Assembly (NCBI GenBank): GCA_002749205.1
Contig: PDOP01000031.1
Coordinates: 35,603-99,602 of the forward strand
Origin: Treponema sp.
Lineage (GTDB): Bacteria > Spirochaetota > Spirochaetia > Treponematales > Treponemataceae
Direction: 5' to 3'
Length of the DNA: 64,000 bases
Positions 18,725-29,048 of this stretch are shown piece by piece (the first letter of the stretch is position 1; the number at the start of each line of letters is the position of its first letter). A program made the translations under genes and the position numbers. The notes beneath the pieces are model-generated. The model made no database searches and was not told the origin of the DNA. It was given only the letters and a program-made list of their open reading frames with translations.

Positions 18725-19459
18725 CTAATTCCAAAAACCAAAAGAATTTAATACTAAACTGATACCCGCGGTTGTTGCTGTTTCAGTTCTTAAAATACGA
18801 TTACCTATAGAGCATTTAATAAACCCATTTTGTAAAAAAATACTTCTTTCATTTTGAGACCATCCTCTTTCGCTTCCAATTGCAGCACAAACAAAATTAT
18901 GTTTGTCAGGAATTTCAGAAATGGACATACAGTCTTTTCCAATGTCAAACAAAATTTTAGATGCTGTATCATTTAACTTTATAACTTCAAAAAAATGTTT
19001 AACACTTTTATAAATTTCCACTTTGGGTATCAAAGTAGAGCCTGCTTGAGAACAACCATCAACCAATATTTTATCTATTTCCGACTTTTTTGCAAGATCG
19101 GAATTCAAATAAGATTTTTCACCCAATTCAGATGCAACCAAGCTAATTTGTAAAACACCTAATGATGATACATCTCTCAAAATTCGTTTTAATTGAATTG
19201 GACGCGGAAACCCCAACAACAAATTTACAGGAAATAAAGGAGACGGTTGTTTTTTTTCAGAAAAGCTAAATACAATTTTTTCTTCAGTAAATTCCAAAAT
19301 TACTGCTTTACCGATAACACCATTGATAATTCCTGCTTTAAATTCATCGCCAATTTTTAATTTCAATATTTTTTTTATATGTAAATACCTGGCATCGTTT
19401 TTAAAAAAACAAAACCCTGTATTACATTTTTGCTTTTCGGAAAATAAAATTATATTCAT
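18725..19459 (-). CDS. rsmE: 16S rRNA m3U1498 methyltransferase RsmE
   Basis: HIKKILKLK.GD, GCSQAG, AIGSERGWS, IGNRILRTETA. Confidence 0.9.
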   Translation of the reverse strand: MNIILFSEKQKCNTGFCFFKNDARYLHIKKILKLKIGDEFKAGIINGVIGKAVILEFTEEKIVFSFSEKKQPSPLFPVNLLLGFPRPIQLKRILRDVSSLGVLQISLVASELGEKSYLNSDLAKKSEIDKILVDGCSQAGSTLIPKVEIYKSVKHFFEVIKLNDTASKILFDIGKDCMSISEIPDKHNFVCAAIGSERGWSQNERSIFLQNGFIKCSIGNRILRTETATTAGISLVLNSFGFWN

Positions 19460-19528
19460 CAATTTATTATACTTTAAATTTCAAAAAAAATAAAGCATTT
19501 CTATTTTTTATATTTAAAATTAACAGAT

Positions 19529-21283
19529 TTAAGCATCTTTTAATGCAGATTCATACTCAGCGTATGTAAAAAAAGTGCCATATTGACATGTAAGTTTTTT
19601 ACCGCAAGCACATTCTCCGCAAATACCTATACCGCACATTGTATTCATTTCAAATGAAATAAATATATTTTTTGTGGGTACATTCATTGATTTAAGCATT
19701 TCTGCAGCCGTTTTCATAAAAATCATCGGGCCGACTAAGTAGGCTGCAAAGTTAGTTTCATCTTCTATAACAAAATTATTAAAACCACAAGCTTTATTTT
19801 TTATGTCATTCTCCATAGTTTTAATCACTCGTCCCGGAACACCATTATCTGCAACACAGTTATACGAGCCAAGCCGAATAAGAAATTCTTCAATTTGATT
19901 TTGTTCTCTTAGTTTTTCTTCAGAGGTACCAATGTAAGTAGAAATTTTACACCCGTTTTCTGTTAAAGTTTGTGCCAACATCGGTAAAACAGCAATACCG
20001 GTTCCACCGGCAAGCAGTACTGCATGTTTTGTTTTTGCATATTTAACAGGAGCTCCATACAAACCTCTAATATATACAGTATCACCTACATTTAAATCAA
20101 AAATTGCTTTGGTAAATTTTCCCCGCCTTTTTATTTCAATAGTTATAGGTTTTGGTAAGGCCAAAGAAAATGGTTTTTCTCCTATACCCGGAATCCATAC
20201 AAAAACAAACTCCCCTGCAAAAAAAGGCATCTCGCCATCTAATGTTAATATAACAACATCTTTACTGTCTTTATATCGTGAAATTATTTTTTTAGGTATA
20301 TATTCAAGTCGTTTTTCATTTATAATAAATTCGGAAGTGGTATTTTTTTTAACACCGCTTAATTCTTTAATTGCATCACTTTTTAATGCAGATAAATAAT
20401 TTATCCAATTTTTTTGATGTACTCGTCCTAAAACAGAGCCAACACCAACAATATTTGCACCGGCATTAATTAACTTTGCAACTTGCTCTCCATTGGCAAC
20501 ACCCCCCATACCAAATATTGGAATATCCTTACCGACAGCTTTTCTAATTTCTGTAATTGCAATTACTGCTCTTTCAAAAATATCCAGCCCGCTTTTTCCG
20601 CCTTTACCGCCCAGTTTGTTATTTAAAATTGCCTTACCTGAATTTTCTTCAATATAAAGCTCAGGGCCCACAGTATTTATTGCAGTAATTCCGTCTGCCC
20701 CTGCATCAATTACAGCCTTTGCAATTTCAGATATGTTTTTTACATTGGGAGTAAGTTTTGCAAAAATCAAAGCTCTTGAGTTAGGAATTTCTTGTTTAAT
20801 TTTTTTTACATAATCTTCCGCAATACTTACATCACAACCTATTGAAGAGCCATAGCCTGATGCAGCATGAGGACATGAAAAGTTCAGCTCAATTATATCT
20901 GCAACATCTTCAAAAGTTTTTATAAGCAGAATAAAATCTTCAGGTGAAGATGCGGAAACAGATACATTTAAGATTTTAGTTATTGGATTTTTTTTTCTTA
21001 ATTTTTTAAGCTGAGCTAAGGCAACTTCCATTCCGGGATTTCTAAGTCCGACTGAATTACCGAATGTGCCTAATTTAGGCTCACAAATTATCGGCTCTCT
21101 GTTACCGTCATTTTTTTTAACTTGAAAACTTTTTGTCGTAATTACATCAATTGCGTTGACATCTTCATTAAAAAACCTTATCAATGAAGGTTTTGTAGAA
21201 GCAACACCGGAAACAGTTCCAAGCAAAACAGAGGTGCTGTCTTTACATTTTATAATATTTAATACTTCACTTTTTGAAAACAT
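19529..21283 (-). CDS. pyrD: fused dihydroorotate dehydrogenase (PyrD, class 1B) + electron-transfer subunit (PyrK)
   Basis: N-half NSVGLRNPG, ELNFSCPH, KLTPN, INT, GMGGV; C-half GEKPFSL, AGGTGIA, MCGIGICGECACG..TC (2Fe-2S). Confidence 0.85.
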   Translation of the reverse strand: MFSKSEVLNIIKCKDSTSVLLGTVSGVASTKPSLIRFFNEDVNAIDVITTKSFQVKKNDGNREPIICEPKLGTFGNSVGLRNPGMEVALAQLKKLRKKNPITKILNVSVSASSPEDFILLIKTFEDVADIIELNFSCPHAASGYGSSIGCDVSIAEDYVKKIKQEIPNSRALIFAKLTPNVKNISEIAKAVIDAGADGITAINTVGPELYIEENSGKAILNNKLGGKGGKSGLDIFERAVIAITEIRKAVGKDIPIFGMGGVANGEQVAKLINAGANIVGVGSVLGRVHQKNWINYLSALKSDAIKELSGVKKNTTSEFIINEKRLEYIPKKIISRYKDSKDVVILTLDGEMPFFAGEFVFVWIPGIGEKPFSLALPKPITIEIKRRGKFTKAIFDLNVGDTVYIRGLYGAPVKYAKTKHAVLLAGGTGIAVLPMLAQTLTENGCKISTYIGTSEEKLREQNQIEEFLIRLGSYNCVADNGVPGRVIKTMENDIKNKACGFNNFVIEDETNFAAYLVGPMIFMKTAAEMLKSMNVPTKNIFISFEMNTMCGIGICGECACGKKLTCQYGTFFTYAEYESALKDA

Positions 21284-21400
21284 ATTTTACCCCTTCAACA
21301 CTTACATAAAAAGATTAACAGAAAAACAATAACCTGTCAATACAAAGATAATATAACTGTATTAAAAAAATAAAGTCGCTTTACTGTCGTGAAGTTATAC

Positions 21401-21606
21401 AGAAAACCGGACTGTACTAGAGGCTATTGCAAAACTCGTATGACTTTTGCAATAGCCTCTACTACATAACACTTAACCTGATTTGGCGACCGCAGTCTAC
21501 ACTTTTGCTCGATTAAATTAAAAAGAAAAGTCGGTTGAAGCGACAGCGTAAAACGACGATTAAAAAATAAAGAAAAGAGCAAAAGGTTATGCAAGGGAGC
21601 GGGTTG
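21401..21606 (+). repeat. family A element, copy 6 (with a family C palindrome in the leader)
   Basis: AGAAAACCGG..ACTTAACCTGATTTGGCGACCGC-AGTCTACA-CTTTTGCTC...GAGCAAAAG-GTTATGCAA..GGGTTG. Confidence 0.88.
21420..21459. mobile_element. family C 40-bp palindrome with flanking direct repeat
   Basis: TACTA-GAGGCTATTGCAAAA..TTTTGCAATAGCCTC-TACTA. Confidence 0.7.
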
Positions 21607-21671
21607 AAAAATGTCTGCTCTGATTTTAGTTTTGAACTTAAATCAGAGCAGACATTAAAAATAAATTTAGT

Positions 21672-23495
21672 TTAAATTTTTTGGTCGTCAATTTGTAAAT
21701 ATTTTTCGTAATTTGTTTTTATTTTTGTCGAAAATGTTTGAATTGACTCGTAGACTTTTCCGGTTTGTATGTTTAATTTTTCAAATGCTTTTTCGAGGTC
21801 GCCACCGGATTTTCCGATAAAGGTTATGTCTTTGACGAGTTCTTTGACGGTTTTGGTAATGCCTTGCGAATTTTCGGCAGCAGCTTCGGCGAGGCGCCCC
21901 ATCTCTTCGGCAACAACGGCAAACCCTTTTCCTGCATTACCGGCATGTGCGGCTTCGATTGCCGCGTTCATGCTTAGCATTTTAATTTGGTCGGCAATGC
22001 CGTCTATTAGCTCACCAATTTCGGTAATGCGGGCGACACTTTGTGTTGTGTAGACAATTCTTTCGTTTGTAGTTTTAAAAATGTTTGCACTTTCTTCAAA
22101 AGCATGCATTAATTCTTTTGCCTGCTCGGTGTCTTTTTGTCCGGTTTCTATGCTTGCATGAATTTCATCTATTAATTTTTTACCGGATTCTTCTTTTAAT
22201 TTAAAGTTATCACTTTCGCATTTTAATTTTAAATTTTCATAAGCAGTGGTTATGTCAGTGTTTATTTTTTGAAGTTCATCATTTGCAGTTTTAATTTTTT
22301 CTAATTCAGTTTTAAGTTTTTCTATCTGTAAATTATTTTCGGAATTGTTATTTGTATTTTGCGAAATAGCAATATCCTGTTCGATTTTTTGTGCGGTACT
22401 AAATATGCTGTTTCCAGATTGAGTAAAAGAGGCATCATCGTTTTTTGTTTCATTACTATTTTCGGAATTGACATATAATTTTTCTGAATATATTTCAGGT
22501 TCTGAAGTTTTTTTCGCAACATCAACTTTTTTTTCTGCTTCTATTTTTGCGTTTTCAAAATTTAAATTATTATAATTAAAATTACTATTATATGAAGTCT
22601 TTGTATTGTTCAATTCAAAATCAGGAAAGTCCGGTTTTAATTTTTGCTCTGAGTTTTGAATATTTACCGGTGTTGATTGTTCAGATATAGATTCTTTTGT
22701 CGAAGGTGTTACATTATTGGTTTCAGAATCACCTTGAAAAAAATTCAACTCCGTGTTTTTTATGTCGTTAGAATTGATGTCAAAATTAGTTGTAGATTTT
22801 GTTTCAACCAATGATACGGTGCTTTGTGTAAATTTAGCTTTTTTTTCTCCGACACTTAAACGGATTTTTTTATGCGGCTTTGATCTTAAGGATGAAATTA
22901 TAATTGTAAACTTTTCTTTGCATAAACGATAAGTTAAAAATATAGCCAACACCCAAGCCAATATTATAATAAGACCGCTTAGCATTATGTTTTTTTGTGT
23001 TTCAATAATATCGGATTCCAAAAACTTTTGTTGATTGTTCTTATATAATTTATGTTGCTCTAAAAAGTTTTTTTCAATTGCAGTTATACTTGATTCAGAT
23101 CTGTCTTGTATTTTACTGTATTCTTGTTTCCATAGAGCTAATTTATTCAATGTTTTTTCACAGGAGAGTATATATTTTTCTACACCTCTATCAAGTTTTA
23201 CTCTATTCAAAAATCCTGAATATTCATTTATAATTAATTTTAGATTTTTCAAGAGGTTATCTTGTATTGATATTTGCTTTTCAAAATCTCTTACATCAAA
23301 TTTATTTTCGCTTAAAGCCAAACTATAAACATTAGACTTAAATTTAAGTGCAGAAATTTCATATTCAGTTAAAACATCCAAAATATATTGGTTGTCTCTC
23401 GAATTTTGATTTACTAACCTGTAAAAACCAAGACAAGTACTTGCCAATAACAATACTCCCAAGCAGATTAAAATAATCTTTTCAATTTGCTTCAT
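21672..23495 (-). CDS. atypical methyl-accepting chemotaxis protein
   Basis: two TM segments; C-terminal [30 protein letters not shown] hairpin-tip motif; long Asn/Ser/Glu-rich linker. Confidence 0.8.
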   Translation of the reverse strand: MKQIEKIILICLGVLLLASTCLGFYRLVNQNSRDNQYILDVLTEYEISALKFKSNVYSLALSENKFDVRDFEKQISIQDNLLKNLKLIINEYSGFLNRVKLDRGVEKYILSCEKTLNKLALWKQEYSKIQDRSESSITAIEKNFLEQHKLYKNNQQKFLESDIIETQKNIMLSGLIIILAWVLAIFLTYRLCKEKFTIIISSLRSKPHKKIRLSVGEKKAKFTQSTVSLVETKSTTNFDINSNDIKNTELNFFQGDSETNNVTPSTKESISEQSTPVNIQNSEQKLKPDFPDFELNNTKTSYNSNFNYNNLNFENAKIEAEKKVDVAKKTSEPEIYSEKLYVNSENSNETKNDDASFTQSGNSIFSTAQKIEQDIAISQNTNNNSENNLQIEKLKTELEKIKTANDELQKINTDITTAYENLKLKCESDNFKLKEESGKKLIDEIHASIETGQKDTEQAKELMHAFEESANIFKTTNERIVYTTQSVARITEIGELIDGIADQIKMLSMNAAIEAAHAGNAGKGFAVVAEEMGRLAEAAAENSQGITKTVKELVKDITFIGKSGGDLEKAFEKLNIQTGKVYESIQTFSTKIKTNYEKYLQIDDQKI

Positions 23496-23540
23496 ATAAA
23501 ACCCCTTTACAAAATAATCAATATTTCGTAGTATATAGTA

Positions 23541-24704
23541 ATGAAGCTACTACATACTGCGGACTTACATCTTGGAAAAACCCTACACGAAGTATCACTT
23601 GAAGAGCAACAATCCGACATGCTTAAAAGCATTATAGAAATACTGTCAAGCGATGATTATACGGCACTTATAATTGCAGGCGATGTATACGACCGCTCAG
23701 TTGCCTCTGCAACTTCAGTCGCTCTTTTTAGCAACTTTCTTACAGAAGTTAAACAACGCTTCCCTACAATTTCAGTGCTTATCATTCCGGGTAATCATGA
23801 CTCGGCTCTACGACTTTCATACGCACATGAGCTTCTTGAAAGCATGTCAATTTACATCGCAAATGATATTTCCAAAATCACTACACCTATAAGTATATCA
23901 CATAATGATGAAAATGTCGAATTCTTTTTACTGCCATTTTTACAAACAGGTGCATTTTTTTCAAAATCTGAAAGTGATGAAAATCGATTGATGACCACTC
24001 AAAAAGAGATGGTTGAAGAAGCCATGAGACAAATAAAACCACATATTTCAAAAAAAACACCGTCTGTGCTTATTGCACATCTTTTTACTATAAACGGCAT
24101 TACATCTTCAACAGAGAGGCAATTTATAGGCAGTGCAGAGTTAATTGACCCTGAAATATTGTCCGGTTTTTCATACATTGCCTTGGGGCATTTACATAGA
24201 TTTCAAAAAATAAGGAATAATATCTACTATTCAGGCTCACCTCTTGCATACGCTTTTGATGAAGCAAAGTATGAAAAATATATTCTGTCGGTTGAAATAG
24301 ACTGCAAAGATTTGACAGCAATTCCTACAGTTAAACCTATACCTATAAAGCCATCACGAAAACTTAATACCATTGAAGGTAAGTTTCATGATTTACTCGA
24401 TACCGATAAATTTAATGAATACAAAGACGATTTTTTAGAAATAATATTAAAAGACAATATAAGTATTCAGTCACCAATGCAAATTTTACAAAAAAAGTTT
24501 ACACATCTTTTAACTGTAAAGCAAGAAGCATTTATCAAACAAGTAGACAGCGATATTGAGTCAGATTTGCAAAACTCAATCAATTCAAGTCAAAGCATAG
24601 AAGATAATTTCATCAGTTTTTCAAACACAATTAATGAAGAAACAGATGAAGATGAAAAACATCTTTTTATCGATATTTACAAGGAGCTCTTAAGTGAAAC
24701 CTGA
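23541..24704 (+). CDS. sbcD: exonuclease SbcCD subunit D
   Basis: HTADLHLGK, IAGDVYD, PGNHDS, AHLF, ALGHLH, YSGSPL. Confidence 0.95.
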   Translation: MKLLHTADLHLGKTLHEVSLEEQQSDMLKSIIEILSSDDYTALIIAGDVYDRSVASATSVALFSNFLTEVKQRFPTISVLIIPGNHDSALRLSYAHELLESMSIYIANDISKITTPISISHNDENVEFFLLPFLQTGAFFSKSESDENRLMTTQKEMVEEAMRQIKPHISKKTPSVLIAHLFTINGITSSTERQFIGSAELIDPEILSGFSYIALGHLHRFQKIRNNIYYSGSPLAYAFDEAKYEKYILSVEIDCKDLTAIPTVKPIPIKPSRKLNTIEGKFHDLLDTDKFNEYKDDFLEIILKDNISIQSPMQILQKKFTHLLTVKQEAFIKQVDSDIESDLQNSINSSQSIEDNFISFSNTINEETDEDEKHLFIDIYKELLSET

Positions 24705-27700
24705 AAAACTAACCCTGTGTAACATAGGGCCATTTGTGGGAAAGCACTCTGTTGACTTTTCGCGTTTTAATTCTATTTTTTTAGTTTGGGGAAATACAGG
24801 CTCAGGTAAGACCACAATTTTTGATGCAATATCTTATGCCTTTTACGGGAAACCACCGGGTATACGCTCGCAAAGTCCTAAAAATATGCGCAGTCATCTT
24901 GTAGCGGATACAGAGCCGTCAGAAGTAGAGCTTATTTTTTCTATCAAAAATAAAAGATATAAAATTTTAAGAAGTTTGCCTGTTTATTCAAATAAAAAAA
25001 ATAAGGAAACCCCTGAAGGAGTTGAACTATGGGAATACAATACAACTGTTGAAAAGGACTGGAAAAATATTTCAGAAAGTAAAAAAACAGATACTGCAAA
25101 AAAAATTGAAAATTTGATAAAATTATCATTTGATAAATTCTCAAAAATTGTAGTGCTTCCGCAAGGTCAATTTGCAGACTTTCTTTCAAAAACCTCAAAC
25201 CAACGGCAAAATATTTTAGAAAATCTATTTCCTGTAGATCAATATACAAAAATAATGGAAAAAGCAAAAGTCAGACAAGATAACATAACGGAAAAAATAA
25301 GTTATCTGCAAGAAGAGTTAAACAGATTACAGGAAACATATAATGACAGTTTATATTCAACAGCACATAAAGAACTAAACGATGAAATAAACAGATTAAA
25401 AAAAGATTTAAAAGAAATAAATAAAAAACTGGATTTAAAAAAAGAAGAAAAAATTCAAGCCGGATTAATACTTGAAAGAAAAAAGAAATACGCCAAAGCA
25501 AAAGAGCAATTAGAAGACACCAATAAAAAAATAGAAGATTACAATCAAAAGAAAATGCAAATTGAAATGGCAAGAAAAGCAGAGCCTCTGGCAGTTGAAG
25601 TTGAACAAATTGAAGAGCTTATCAGAAATGAAAAATCTGAAAGTGATAAGCTATATGAAATAAAGAATAAACAAATTTTCGCACAAGAAAAATTCAATCA
25701 ATATGTTGAACAAAAAAGCACAATAGAAAAAGAAGAAAAAAATAGAGATAACCTATTGGCAAAAGAAGACCGTTTAAAAAGAGCTACAGAATTATTTAAT
25801 GAAATAAAAAAAGAAAAAGACAAACTATCCGAATTACATAAAAAATTATTACCAAAAAATAAAAAATTAACTGAGCTTAAACAAAAATTATCAGATATTA
25901 AAAAAGAGATTAACTTAGCTCAGAATGATGCAGAACTTTTTTCAAAACATGAAACTGAATTTAATCTTGTAAAAGAAAAATCAGAGTATTTGCAATATAT
26001 TTATGATTTAATTGCAAAATATAACGAAAAAAAACAAAATTTTAAAACCCATAATTCACTTCTCCAAAAAAAAGAAAATAAACTTGAAATTATAAATAAA
26101 AATATTAAAATAGAAAAAGAAGAATATGATTTTCTTGAAGAAACAAAAGCAAAAACTGAGCAGCAAAATATAGCATTTATACTTGTAAAACAATTAAAAG
26201 AAAACTATGCATGCCCTGTTTGTGGCTCGCTTACCCACCCTACTCCTGCAACCCGCCCTGAAAAACTTTCTTTTTCGATTGATGAAAGAATAGAAAAATC
26301 AAACGCATCGTTGGAAAACTTTTTATCCGAAAAAAAAGAATGTGAAGAAGAAATTACAAAATGCAAAATCAACACCGAGCAATGGCAAAATCAGTTGAAT
26401 GAAATAATACAAGAAGCTAAAAATCTTAACTCAAAATATAGTAATGAAATAATATTTTCAACACCCATAGATAAAATAAATATTAATGAAGTATTCGAGA
26501 TGAAAAGTACTGTAATTGAAGAGCTAAATGACAAATCAAAATTAAAAGAAAGCTCACTTAGATCTATGGACAAAAAAAATAAGTTAGAGCAGAGCCATGA
26601 TGAAAATACAAAATTATATGAAAAAATAAATTTTGAAACAAACGAAATCAGCATACAAGAAAGCTCATTAAAGAGTATTATCAAAGAAAAAGAAAATAAT
26701 TTTGATAAACTTTTTTCTGAAATAAATGAAAATAAAGAAAACCCAAGCCTTATTTTAGAAAAATGCCAAGTAGAAATTAAAGACATATCGCATAAAATAA
26801 ATTCATATTATCAAAACATCTCAGAAGCAGAAAAGGCGTTAGAAAATTTTAATACGGCAAAACAAATGCTTGAGGTAAATTTAGCAGATATAAAAAAGCA
26901 AATCAGAGAAAAAACAGATGAAGTAGAATTAAAATGCTCTAATGCAGGATTTGCCGGTTTTGATGATTTAAAATCAGCTATTATTCCTAGTGATGAAATA
27001 AAACAAAATGAAGATGAAATTAAAAAATTTTATGAATATAGGGCAGCAACATTACAATCGGTGGAAACATTAAAAAAAGAATTGGAAGGACAACCTGAAT
27101 ATGATTATAACCTGATAGAAACTGAAGTTGATCAACTTAATATTAAAGTAGAAGAACTGGAAGCAAGAGCTGCAAATAAAACCACACAAATATTAGAGCT
27201 GGAAAATAAACATAATCAATATTTAACACTTTTCAATAAACATAAAGAAACTTGTGAAAATTCAATAGTAATAAATAAGCTGGCGAATAAACTTAACGGA
27301 AAAAACTCTAAAAAACTTAAATTTGATACATGGATACTTTCTTATTTTTTCAAACAAATAACCGTATATGCAAACAAAAGACTTGAAAAAATGAGTAACG
27401 GAAGATACCGTTTAGTCGTAACATCGGAAAACGAAACTAAAAAAGGTTTTGACGGTTTAAATTTACAAATTGCAGATGCAAATACAGGAAAACTCAGACC
27501 TTCCTCTACGCTTTCAGGTGGAGAAACCTTTATGGCTTCAATTAGTTTAGCACTCGGGTTTGCCGATAGCATTACGGCAAATGCCGGCGGAATAGTATTG
27601 GACTCTATGTTTATTGACGAAGGTTTCGGGACTCTTGATTCAACATGTCTTGAAAATGCTATTTCAATTTTAGATGAAGTTCGAGGGCATAGAATGGTTG

Positions 27701-27792
27701 GAATAATTTCGCATGTTGCGGAGCTCACATCAAGAATACCGGAAAAAATTAAAATAGAAAAAACAAATCACGGCTCTAAAATTATGCAATAA
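24694..27792 (+). CDS. sbcC: exonuclease SbcCD subunit C (SMC-like ATPase)
   Basis: GNTGSGKT, LPQGQF, zinc hook CPVCGS, TLSGGETF, FIDEGFG; overlaps the sbcD stop. Confidence 0.95.
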   Translation: MKPEKLTLCNIGPFVGKHSVDFSRFNSIFLVWGNTGSGKTTIFDAISYAFYGKPPGIRSQSPKNMRSHLVADTEPSEVELIFSIKNKRYKILRSLPVYSNKKNKETPEGVELWEYNTTVEKDWKNISESKKTDTAKKIENLIKLSFDKFSKIVVLPQGQFADFLSKTSNQRQNILENLFPVDQYTKIMEKAKVRQDNITEKISYLQEELNRLQETYNDSLYSTAHKELNDEINRLKKDLKEINKKLDLKKEEKIQAGLILERKKKYAKAKEQLEDTNKKIEDYNQKKMQIEMARKAEPLAVEVEQIEELIRNEKSESDKLYEIKNKQIFAQEKFNQYVEQKSTIEKEEKNRDNLLAKEDRLKRATELFNEIKKEKDKLSELHKKLLPKNKKLTELKQKLSDIKKEINLAQNDAELFSKHETEFNLVKEKSEYLQYIYDLIAKYNEKKQNFKTHNSLLQKKENKLEIINKNIKIEKEEYDFLEETKAKTEQQNIAFILVKQLKENYACPVCGSLTHPTPATRPEKLSFSIDERIEKSNASLENFLSEKKECEEEITKCKINTEQWQNQLNEIIQEAKNLNSKYSNEIIFSTPIDKININEVFEMKSTVIEELNDKSKLKESSLRSMDKKNKLEQSHDENTKLYEKINFETNEISIQESSLKSIIKEKENNFDKLFSEINENKENPSLILEKCQVEIKDISHKINSYYQNISEAEKALENFNTAKQMLEVNLADIKKQIREKTDEVELKCSNAGFAGFDDLKSAIIPSDEIKQNEDEIKKFYEYRAATLQSVETLKKELEGQPEYDYNLIETEVDQLNIKVEELEARAANKTTQILELENKHNQYLTLFNKHKETCENSIVINKLANKLNGKNSKKLKFDTWILSYFFKQITVYANKRLEKMSNGRYRLVVTSENETKKGFDGLNLQIADANTGKLRPSSTLSGGETFMASISLALGFADSITANAGGIVLDSMFIDEGFGTLDSTCLENAISILDEVRGHRMVGIISHVAELTSRIPEKIKIEKTNHGSKIMQ

Positions 27793-27806
27793 CTTGTATG
27801 AAGAAT

Positions 27807-29027
27807 TTATTTATACAGTAAATATTTTTCTCTTTTGTTTTTAAAAATTTGAGTGTCATGTTTTACTTTTTTATAAAATTCCAATGCATTAAAATCGTTT
27901 TTTGTAATATCATCACAACCTGTAAGCAAATTTAATCCACATCGACTAGAGCCGTAATTATTTATTTTAAACTTTTTGGGGTACAAGTTTTTAAAAGTTT
28001 CAAACATAAATAAAGCCGTTTTGATAGGCTGAAACAATTTTTCATCGGTAATAATTATTTGAACCCCTTGACAGTTTTGATTTTTATAAACCGATAACGA
28101 AGGTGTAAAATATACGGGATAAAAAAACACACCTGAAAGTTTTAATTTATTTAATTCAAAAGCTGTTAATTCTGCATCCATATATGGTGCCCCAATGTAT
28201 TCAAAAGGCATAGTTGTACCGCGCCCAACCGAAACATTTACACCTTCAAACATTCCCATTCCGACATAGATGAGTGCGGTTTTTGGCTTAGGTATATTAG
28301 GGGAAGTGGGTATCCACATTAAATGAAAATCACTAAACATCTTATTTCTATCCCAATTTTGCATCGGTATAACAGTAAGGCGGCAATTTATTCCAAATTC
28401 AGAATTAAACATAGCGGCTAACTCTCCGACTGTCATTCCGTGACGCTGAACAATAGGATAATAGCCTACAAATGATTTAAACTTTTTTTGTAAAATATTT
28501 CCTTCAACAGTACCTGATATGGGATTGGGTCTGTCAAAAACTACAAACTCTTTATTATACATAAATGCCGCTTCCATAGCATAAGCCATAGTATAAATAT
28601 AGGTATAAAATCTTGCGCCCACATCTTGAATATCAAAACAAAGCATATCAATTTTTTCCATCATCTCTTTTGTCGGGCGTTTTGTATTTCCATATAAACT
28701 GTAAACCGGCAGACCTGTTTTTTTATCGATGCTATTTGAAATATTGGCTCCTTCACGCTCGCTTCCTCTAATACCGTGTTCCGGTGAAAACAATGCAATA
28801 AGGTTTACATTTTCGTTAAGAATATCAATTGAAGTTTTTCCGAATCTGTTAATTCCTGTAGGATTTGTAATAAGCCCGACTCTTTTAGCTGCAAATAATT
28901 TAGCATATTCATCAATTCTTTCAATACCTAAAACTATTTCAGCCTCTTTTGTTTGCTTGGCTATTGTCGCACAACCGGTTAAAAGAATAATAAACACACA
29001 TAATAATATTTTGTTTTTTATATTCAC
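27807..29027 (-). CDS. namZ: exo-beta-N-acetylmuramidase NamZ (DUF1343) family lipoprotein
   Basis: LTGC lipobox; VGLITNPTG, LFSPEHGIRG, FDIQDVGARFYTY, DRPNP, RHGMTVGE, PTSPNIP, SVGRGT. Confidence 0.88.
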   Translation of the reverse strand: MNIKNKILLCVFIILLTGCATIAKQTKEAEIVLGIERIDEYAKLFAAKRVGLITNPTGINRFGKTSIDILNENVNLIALFSPEHGIRGSEREGANISNSIDKKTGLPVYSLYGNTKRPTKEMMEKIDMLCFDIQDVGARFYTYIYTMAYAMEAAFMYNKEFVVFDRPNPISGTVEGNILQKKFKSFVGYYPIVQRHGMTVGELAAMFNSEFGINCRLTVIPMQNWDRNKMFSDFHLMWIPTSPNIPKPKTALIYVGMGMFEGVNVSVGRGTTMPFEYIGAPYMDAELTAFELNKLKLSGVFFYPVYFTPSLSVYKNQNCQGVQIIITDEKLFQPIKTALFMFETFKNLYPKKFKINNYGSSRCGLNLLTGCDDITKNDFNALEFYKKVKHDTQIFKNKREKYLLYK

Positions 29028-29048
29028 AGTAAAACCCTTTATCGTTTT

